From a virus (lineage: Duplodnaviria; Heunggongvirae; Uroviricota; Caudoviricetes), in the IMG/VR virus record IMGVR_UViG_3300025944_000008: a DNA stretch of 64,000 nucleotides; one strand, given 5' to 3'. Of the stretch, positions 58,410-64,000 are shown piece by piece (the stretch's first letter is position 1; every line of letters begins with the position of its first letter). The translations under genes were made by a program, and so were the position numbers. The notes under the pieces were generated by a model. The model saw only the letters and a list, made by a program, of their open reading frames with translations, searched no databases and was not told the DNA's origin.

Positions 58410-59227
58410 CAGACCAGCTCCATTGCCTCTTTCAGCTTGTCGACGAGGCGATTACGGATGCGGGAGACCTTGGAAGGGTGAATGCCGGTCGTCTTGGCGA
58501 TCTGGCCCGGCTGATGGCGAGGCTTGCCATTCATGCCGAAGGTGTACTCGTAGACCGTCCGCTCTTCGGGCGTGAGGTCGTACTGCATCAGCTTGATCGC
58601 CTCGAGCTCCTTGGGCGTCATGAGCTCAGCGGGGTCGCTCTCGAAACCAGACGCTGGAAGATCTCGCCGGCGCTCCTTGATCATCTGAACGACGCGGCGC
58701 TGAGGCCAACCAAGATGGTCGGCCAACGTCTTGGTATCCGGCTCGTGCCCGAGTTGGTTCATCAGATGCTCCTTCGCCGCATCAAATCGACGAATCTGGG
58801 AGATCTGCCCCTCGGGGATCTTGCCGATGTTCTGGTAGGTCTTGATGTAGCGAGACGACTTCTGCAGGTTCGTCTGGACCCAGGTGTTGAGCTGAGTTCC
58901 GCGCTTGGGGTTGAAGGTCTTGATAGCGTTGACGAAGTGCCGATCAATCTCGTGATGGATGGCGGCGGTTGGAATCTCGACCTTGTTGGCGTACTTATTC
59001 GCCTCTCGAACGAGAAGTGGCTTGTAGCTCTCGTACAGAGGGATGAGGTGCTCCGGCTTCTGACCATGGGTGTTCCAATGGTGCCAGAGCTCGAGCTCCT
59101 TCTTCTGCGTCTCCTTCATCTCCTCCCGCGACTTCTTCGGCGCGGCTGTCTTGACGTGCTGATCGAGGAAGAGATCGAGGATCTGCGTGTGGTAGTCCGG
59201 GATGTGCGCCAACTGCCGGTTGAGCAT
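58409..59227 (-). CDS. Sigma-70-family RNA polymerase sigma factor (phage-encoded), about 272 aa
   Basis: Region 2: LIPLYESYKPLLVREANKYANK…AIKTFNPKRGTQLNTWVQTNL. Region 4 HTH: LTPEERTVYEYTFGMNGKPRHQPGQIAKTTGIHPSKVSRIRNRLVDKLK. Start assigned to the ATG at 59227 that overlaps the upstream stop (TGATG). The track's longer Arg/Gly-rich N-terminus is in overlap with the upstream gene. Confidence 0.8.
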   Translation of the reverse strand: MLNRQLAHIPDYHTQILDLFLDQHVKTAAPKKSREEMKETQKKELELWHHWNTHGQKPEHLIPLYESYKPLLVREANKYANKVEIPTAAIHHEIDRHFVNAIKTFNPKRGTQLNTWVQTNLQKSSRYIKTYQNIGKIPEGQISQIRRFDAAKEHLMNQLGHEPDTKTLADHLGWPQRRVVQMIKERRRDLPASGFESDPAELMTPKELEAIKLMQYDLTPEERTVYEYTFGMNGKPRHQPGQIAKTTGIHPSKVSRIRNRLVDKLKEAMELV

Positions 59228-59610
59228 CAGCCACCCGTGCGGATTGCGCCCAGCTCGTTGATGAAGCTGCGCACTGCCGCAGCCTTGTAATGCGTCGGAT
59301 ATGCCTGGAACGTGCTCGACTCGTTCAGGACTGCCATCGCCACCTTGAGCAGGGGCGCTGACGTGTCCTTCTCGAACTTGTCCGACGGGAACCACTTGTT
59401 GGCAAACCGCGTCTCGACCTTCTGAGCCTCTCCCATGTTCTTGAAGAGGGTGCCGAGCGTATTGCGGTTGTCGTTGAGGTTCTTGTCGTGCTCGGAGTTG
59501 GCGACGGCCGCGCTGTCGACGTCGTGGTCGAACGTCGGGCCGATCTTCCCGCCATCGGAGATCGATGCCCGCTTCTCCAGCATCTTGATGTAGTCGTCTC
59601 GACGCAGCAT
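59227..59610 (-). CDS. Hypothetical protein, 127 aa
   Basis: ORF coupled to the sigma gene. Confidence 0.45.
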   Translation of the reverse strand: MLRRDDYIKMLEKRASISDGGKIGPTFDHDVDSAAVANSEHDKNLNDNRNTLGTLFKNMGEAQKVETRFANKWFPSDKFEKDTSAPLLKVAMAVLNESSTFQAYPTHYKAAAVRSFINELGAIRTGG

Positions 59611-59611
59611 C

Positions 59612-60223
59612 TCAGACTCCTTGTGGCGCGCTGGACTCGCGGCCGATCATGCCGGGCATCGACTTCACGACGCCGCGGTGTAGCTTGTTTTCGAAGTGTC
59701 CCTGCTGCTGCCCCGTCTGGAGTGCTCGAGCAGGAGTGAAGGTGCTGGAGCCGAGCATTGCAGTCTTCATCTTCTGCTGCTTGATGACCGCCCGCCGGCG
59801 GAGCGCCCGATCGGCGAGAGCAACACCGCTGCCGAGCGCCACGGCCTTTCCCAGGTGCTTCGGTGGAATCTTGAAATCGTGGCCGTGATGGAGGGTGTGC
59901 GCCAGCGTCGCCGCACCAGCCCCCGTCATGCCGCCCTTGAGTGCTGCAGAGGCAAAGTTGGAGGCAGTCTCGTAGGGAGTGCCTGTCGCCGTCGGCTTCT
60001 TGCCGCGCCAGTTGTAGGCGCTGGGCGGGGTGTAGCCCATGAAGCCCATGGCAAGCTTCGGCTTGAAGTTGGTCTCGACTTCGGCGTTCGATCTGATCTG
60101 GCCGCCGGGCAGGTACTCCTTGCCCTTTGCCTCGGCCATCATCGCCCGAATGTCCGCGTCCTGAACCTCGGTGGCGATCTTGATCAGCTCGGCCGTGAAG
60201 GCCCTGTAGCCCAAGAGGTTCAT
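59612..60223 (-). CDS. Hypothetical protein, 203 aa
   Basis: ORF; ATGA overlap with the upstream 71-aa gene. Confidence 0.45.
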   Translation of the reverse strand: MNLLGYRAFTAELIKIATEVQDADIRAMMAEAKGKEYLPGGQIRSNAEVETNFKPKLAMGFMGYTPPSAYNWRGKKPTATGTPYETASNFASAALKGGMTGAGAATLAHTLHHGHDFKIPPKHLGKAVALGSGVALADRALRRRAVIKQQKMKTAMLGSSTFTPARALQTGQQQGHFENKLHRGVVKSMPGMIGRESSAPQGV

Positions 60224-60438
60224 CAGTAGGCCTGGTTCTGCATCCGCATGGCGCGACCCATCCGCCAGTCCTTGTGGGCGCGCTGGAGAGCCAGGGTACC
60301 GAGAGAGCCGGCGACCAGACCAGGGACGAGGAGCGACGGCTTCTTCGCCACCGCGGCTGCTGCGCTGGCTTGCTTCTCGAAGGCGATCTTCTTGAGCTCG
60401 TCTTCGAAAGCTGCCGCCATTTTCTTCGTGAAGTCCAT
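60223..60438 (-). CDS. Hypothetical protein, 71 aa
   Basis: GGAGGA RBS before the ATG at 60438. Confidence 0.4.
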   Translation of the reverse strand: MDFTKKMAAAFEDELKKIAFEKQASAAAAVAKKPSLLVPGLVAGSLGTLALQRAHKDWRMGRAMRMQNQAY

Positions 60439-60491
60439 GCGTCCTCCGTACCAGAAGATACCCGCCGCAGGGCCTGGCGGGAAGTGGTTTG

Positions 60492-63400
60492 TCAGCCTAA
60501 GAGCCCGATACCCAAGGATCCCGTACCTCCGCCAAGCTCATCGGAATACTCCTGCACCGCGGCACGCCGATCCGGTCTCGGGTCGAGAGCCTTCGAGATC
60601 GCGAACTTCTTGCCCTTCGTCTTGAGACGAGGGAGTTCTTGGTCGGGGTTGTCGAGAAGACCAACGAGGTTGCTGTAGGGCCCAACCGCCGTCGAGTGGA
60701 AGCCAGGCACGCCCGCGGTCTTGCTCAGGGTGCTGCCGTTCTGCTCATATGTCAGATCGACAGACCCCAAGACGTTCTCAAGCGTCGCCACCGGCCGGTG
60801 GGTGTAGTCCGCAATGAAGCGGTGGACGTCCAGGCCCTGACGCCGCACCTCGCCGTAGAGATAGGCGAGGACGTCAGCCGACTGCTCGATGGACGGGATG
60901 TCAGAGAGCTGATCTGGCGTGGCATTCGAGAGGATCTGCTGAATCTTCTGAATGTCACCGTCCGCCGCCTCGACCTGGCTCACCAGCTCGCGCTGCTTCT
61001 GCCTGTTGGTCCCCGTCGCACCGGTGCCAAACGGCGTCTGGAACACGGCCTGATCGACGATGGACCCAGTTCCAAAAAACTGCTGGTAGATGTTGTCCCC
61101 GATGAAGAGGTTCGAGTAGAGCGGCGAGAACCAGGGCGGCCGCAGCGACTCTTCAACCGGAATGGGGCGCAAAACCTTGTTGCTGGTCTGCTGCTCGTAG
61201 ATGACAGCCTTCTGCCAGACATAGACCGTCTTGGCGTTCTTGTTCGGCTTCAGAGCTGTCTGAACGCTCTGCTTCCGTCCAGTCTTGCCCTGTTCGGCGA
61301 ACTCGAGGTCCTGGATGCTCACTGCCATGACCTGGTCGGAGGCCACCTGGATCTGCGTGATGGTCCCTCCCTTTGGACCCTTCTGACCGACGCGAAGCTT
61401 GCCGGCGGTGGCGGGGGAGAGAATCTTCGTACCGTTCGGCCTCTCCGCCTGAATCGTCTTGGCTCGAAGAGGGATGGACCCGCTCGGTTGGACAAGCGTC
61501 GAAGACGCCACCACGGTTGAGCTCAGGTCGATGGAGGGCGCTTGAAGGATGGGGGCGATGCTGTCGAGGTTTGCCGGACGGAAGACAGCACTCGGCCGGC
61601 TCGTGGCCTCCCACGGGTCCAGAGGCTGCTGGTCGCCGAACGGATTGACGTTCTGCTGTGCCTGCTGGTTGTCTTGCGCGATCTGCTTCGCCTCGTCAGG
61701 CGCATTCTGAGTAGTGATGTCGATGAGAGACTTGAGGTTCTTGTAGTCGCCCTGTGAAATGAGTGAGGCCGCATCGAGGACCGTACTCACCTCGGTCTTC
61801 TGCGTATCCGACTGGTACTGGGCCGCGTAGAGCGACAGGAAGTCATCCTCGGTGATGCGGTGCGACCGGGCGTGCGTCATCGTGACGCTCGTGGTCGCTC
61901 CCTCTTGGCCCACCTGGTGCGTCATCGTTGCAATCATGCCGAGGTAGTGCGTCGGCGCTCTGAAGGCGGAGGCGAGCGTCCCAATGTTGGCGATGATATC
62001 CGTCATGTCCGTCGGCTTGATCTCGCTGTTGTTCGTATCCGCCAGGGCGGCGTCGACCAACTGCGGATCGAGAATGAACGGCTTGGTGATGAGCAGTGCT
62101 GGGAAGCCAGGCACCAAGAACGGATTGAACTTCAGCGAGACCTCGAGTGTCCGCGCCGCGAAGCGGTACTTCAGGTAGTTGAAGTTCGCAGCGCGCTGAG
62201 CGTAGTTGACCGCCTGGCCCACCACGTTCTTCTTGATCTGCGCCTCTCGCTTGTTGGCGATGTAGTTGACCTCAGAGACGAGCTCGAACTTGGGCAGAAT
62301 GCCGGAGAACTTCTCCCACGGCAGAAGAGACCGGATGCCAGACGCGCCCTGCTTCTTGGCGAGCTCTTGGATCTCCTTCATCGATGGAGCGTAGTGGTAG
62401 TTGGCGAGAAGCTTCTCGTCCGACGGGATGAAGGTCATGCCCGTCTGCAGACGAAGACGCGTCACTTCCTGAAGGAAGTTGCGACTATAGCTGAACTGGG
62501 TGTACTGCTCCGGGAAGATGACGTTGCACTTCGGAGGAGCAGCAAAGAAGCAATCTGGCCGGAAGACCTGGGTCTGCAGGCGATCGAGCTCTGGCGGGTT
62601 GTTGACCGTCTTCTGCGTGGTGGTCTTCTTCGCCTGGTCCTTGCCAGCCGCACGTGCATCGTTGAGGGCGTTCTGGATTGAGGTCCAGTTGTCTCCGATG
62701 TGCGCAGGCCCGGAGGCGATCTTGGTTGGCTGGTTCTTCGCCTGAATGAGATTGAGCGCGAACGAGATAGCCTTCTGAAGGTTCTTGGTGACCTTCGGAT
62801 TCATGTTCGGGGTCAGAAGAATACGGTTCAGGGAGGAAATCAGGTTCTGCGCGATCTGAGCCGTACTGGCGATCCAGCCGAGGTTGTGGAGCTGAGCATT
62901 GCCGTCGTCGAATTGCTTCTTCGCCTGCTGAGCGAGGTCGGTGAGCTCTGTGTCGACGGCGGCCGGGAAGTTGAATGAGCTCGAGACGGTTACCTTCTTC
63001 GTCGAGGTCGTCTGCTGCACGCCAGGGACGTAGAGAGGTGACGTAATCGGCACCACCTCGTAGTAGACCCAATTGAAGAGCAGCTTGATCATGTCTCGGA
63101 ACGTGACGAGCTCTCCAAGGCTGGTAATACCTCGCTCGAGCCACGCCATGAACTCCTTCTCATCGAAGAGTCGCTGAGCCGTGTTGTCGTTCTGCTCAGC
63201 GGTGATCTGCTGGAGGAGGTGATTCTTGAGCTCGGCAATGGTGAAGAAGTCGTTGATGCCGTGCGTGTGCCGCGGGACGCCACCCATAGCCTCGAGGAGC
63301 GAGATGATGCCTCCCATGAGGCCCTTCACGTTCTGGAGACCGGGCGTCTGCGGCTTCTGGTTGAGGTACGTATTCATCACCGACGAGTGGCCATCGATGA

Positions 63401-63866
63401 TGTCGTTGAAGATGGCGTTCCCGCCGGCCCAAATTGCGCTCTCTTCCGTGAGGAAGTTACCGCTCGGGCCGTAGGTGATCATCATCTGGTACGCAGTATC
63501 CCAGTACGTCGAGAAATCCGCGCACTGCAGAACCGCGGAGCGGGAGAGGGGCGTCTCTTGCATCGCCAGCCCGATGACTTCACCGCAGAACAAGAGGCTG
63601 TAGTTCGAGAGGGGGATGGAAGCGTCCGTTTGGGTCTCTGGGCCAGCGCCAGGCGGGACCGCATCTGGCAGGTCGTTGGTGTAGTCGTAGAAGAAGACAT
63701 GGACCATCGTCCTCGGCTTGAAGTTCATGATGCTATCGAGAGGGATGATCTGAATCGCGGCTGTCGCCGGCGAGTTCAAGCTCACCTGCACGGTGACCCC
63801 GATGACGGGGACCTCGATGCCCTCAAGAAACAGCCTCAGCTTGAGCTGCTGCCCGACTCCGTGCAT
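60492..63866 (-). CDS. Large virion-type protein, 1124 aa
   Basis: Long ORF; AAGGGG RBS before the ATG at 63866. Followed by a GC hairpin (60461-60481). Confidence 0.7.
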   Translation of the reverse strand: MHGVGQQLKLRLFLEGIEVPVIGVTVQVSLNSPATAAIQIIPLDSIMNFKPRTMVHVFFYDYTNDLPDAVPPGAGPETQTDASIPLSNYSLLFCGEVIGLAMQETPLSRSAVLQCADFSTYWDTAYQMMITYGPSGNFLTEESAIWAGGNAIFNDIIDGHSSVMNTYLNQKPQTPGLQNVKGLMGGIISLLEAMGGVPRHTHGINDFFTIAELKNHLLQQITAEQNDNTAQRLFDEKEFMAWLERGITSLGELVTFRDMIKLLFNWVYYEVVPITSPLYVPGVQQTTSTKKVTVSSSFNFPAAVDTELTDLAQQAKKQFDDGNAQLHNLGWIASTAQIAQNLISSLNRILLTPNMNPKVTKNLQKAISFALNLIQAKNQPTKIASGPAHIGDNWTSIQNALNDARAAGKDQAKKTTTQKTVNNPPELDRLQTQVFRPDCFFAAPPKCNVIFPEQYTQFSYSRNFLQEVTRLRLQTGMTFIPSDEKLLANYHYAPSMKEIQELAKKQGASGIRSLLPWEKFSGILPKFELVSEVNYIANKREAQIKKNVVGQAVNYAQRAANFNYLKYRFAARTLEVSLKFNPFLVPGFPALLITKPFILDPQLVDAALADTNNSEIKPTDMTDIIANIGTLASAFRAPTHYLGMIATMTHQVGQEGATTSVTMTHARSHRITEDDFLSLYAAQYQSDTQKTEVSTVLDAASLISQGDYKNLKSLIDITTQNAPDEAKQIAQDNQQAQQNVNPFGDQQPLDPWEATSRPSAVFRPANLDSIAPILQAPSIDLSSTVVASSTLVQPSGSIPLRAKTIQAERPNGTKILSPATAGKLRVGQKGPKGGTITQIQVASDQVMAVSIQDLEFAEQGKTGRKQSVQTALKPNKNAKTVYVWQKAVIYEQQTSNKVLRPIPVEESLRPPWFSPLYSNLFIGDNIYQQFFGTGSIVDQAVFQTPFGTGATGTNRQKQRELVSQVEAADGDIQKIQQILSNATPDQLSDIPSIEQSADVLAYLYGEVRRQGLDVHRFIADYTHRPVATLENVLGSVDLTYEQNGSTLSKTAGVPGFHSTAVGPYSNLVGLLDNPDQELPRLKTKGKKFAISKALDPRPDRRAAVQEYSDELGGGTGSLGIGLLG

Positions 63867-63874
63867 GGAACCCC

Positions 63875-64000
63875 TTACAGGCCCGGAAGGCCGCCGCTGA
63901 CTTTCGTGATGGTCGAATCCGGCGAGAACGATGCGATGGTTGCGAACTTACCATCCTTGCCGGCTGTGACAAGATCCGCGGGCGCTGGCGCCTTGATACC
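63875..64000 (-). CDS. Partial CDS (C-terminal 41 codons; gene continues beyond the window)
   Basis: Open frame to the window edge ending TAA at 63875-63877, 8 nt before the next ATG. Confidence 0.4.
   Translation of the reverse strand, partial: GIKAPAPADLVTAGKDGKFATIASFSPDSTITKVSGGLPGL

Noticed and set aside
59228-59395. Long N-terminus of the sigma factor ORF (MVPVGQVREGHVSAPAQGG…)
   Set aside because: It lies inside the upstream 127-aa gene in another frame, and the ATG at 59227 gives classic TGATG coupling. The region 2 and region 4 homology starts after that ATG.
60461-60481. GC hairpin cccgcc…ggcggg after the 1124-aa gene as a terminator
   Set aside because: The stem is only 6 bp, the U-tract is weak, and a coupled downstream gene has an RBS 10 nt away. 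At most it is a pause or attenuation site.
1-64000. tRNA genes, CRISPR arrays, integrase/att sites, IS elements
   Set aside because: The non-coding gaps are all under 150 nt and show no cloverleaf-compatible sequence, no repeat-spacer arrays, and no recombinase or transposase motifs.

Overview
The window reads as a continuous segment of a large double-stranded DNA phage or prophage. GC is around 60% with G/C-rich third codon positions, GGAGG-type ribosome-binding sites, tight gene packing and many TGATG/ATGA stop-start overlaps. There are three transcriptional blocks. (1) Positions 120-8500 on the minus strand: a class II (B12-type) ribonucleotide reductase, a portal-like protein with a zinc-ribbon insert, and four unknown proteins, ending in a bidirectional terminator at 76-117. 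(2) Positions 8648-28481 on the plus strand: an early/replication/recombination module. It encodes an SF2 DEAH helicase, a family-4 Fe-S uracil-DNA glycosylase, a mini P-loop protein, an Hfq/Sm-like protein, a DnaB-like helicase, a DnaG-like primase, a multi-zinc-ribbon protein with a Q/P/G-rich tail (SSB candidate), a HAD phosphatase, a family-A DNA polymerase, a RecA-like recombinase, an Hjc-like and a RusA-like resolvase, a Cas4-like nuclease, a T4 gp1-like dNMP kinase, several Cys-rich small proteins and a P/Q-rich protein. (3) Positions 28478-64000 on the minus strand: a late module. It encodes an HExxH (HtpX-like) membrane mini-protease, very large beta-rich tail/fibre-type proteins (1228, 1355, 768, 1569, 731 aa) and a 2270-aa Gly-rich repeat protein with an N-terminal signal peptide. 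It also encodes a small secreted protein, a sigma-70-family sigma factor translationally coupled to a 75-aa partner, and an 1124-aa protein. One plus-strand zinc-ribbon gene (39875-40174) is embedded in this module. No tRNA, CRISPR array, integrase, repressor, terminase, major capsid protein or lysis gene was recognised. The points most worth follow-up are the sigma factor and its coupled 75-aa partner inside the structural operon, the signal-peptide giant repeat protein, the low-complexity Q/P-rich proteins (SSB candidate), the Hfq-like gene heading the helicase-primase operon, and an ATG-less coding segment at 48072-48466 that suggests a -1 frameshift extension.
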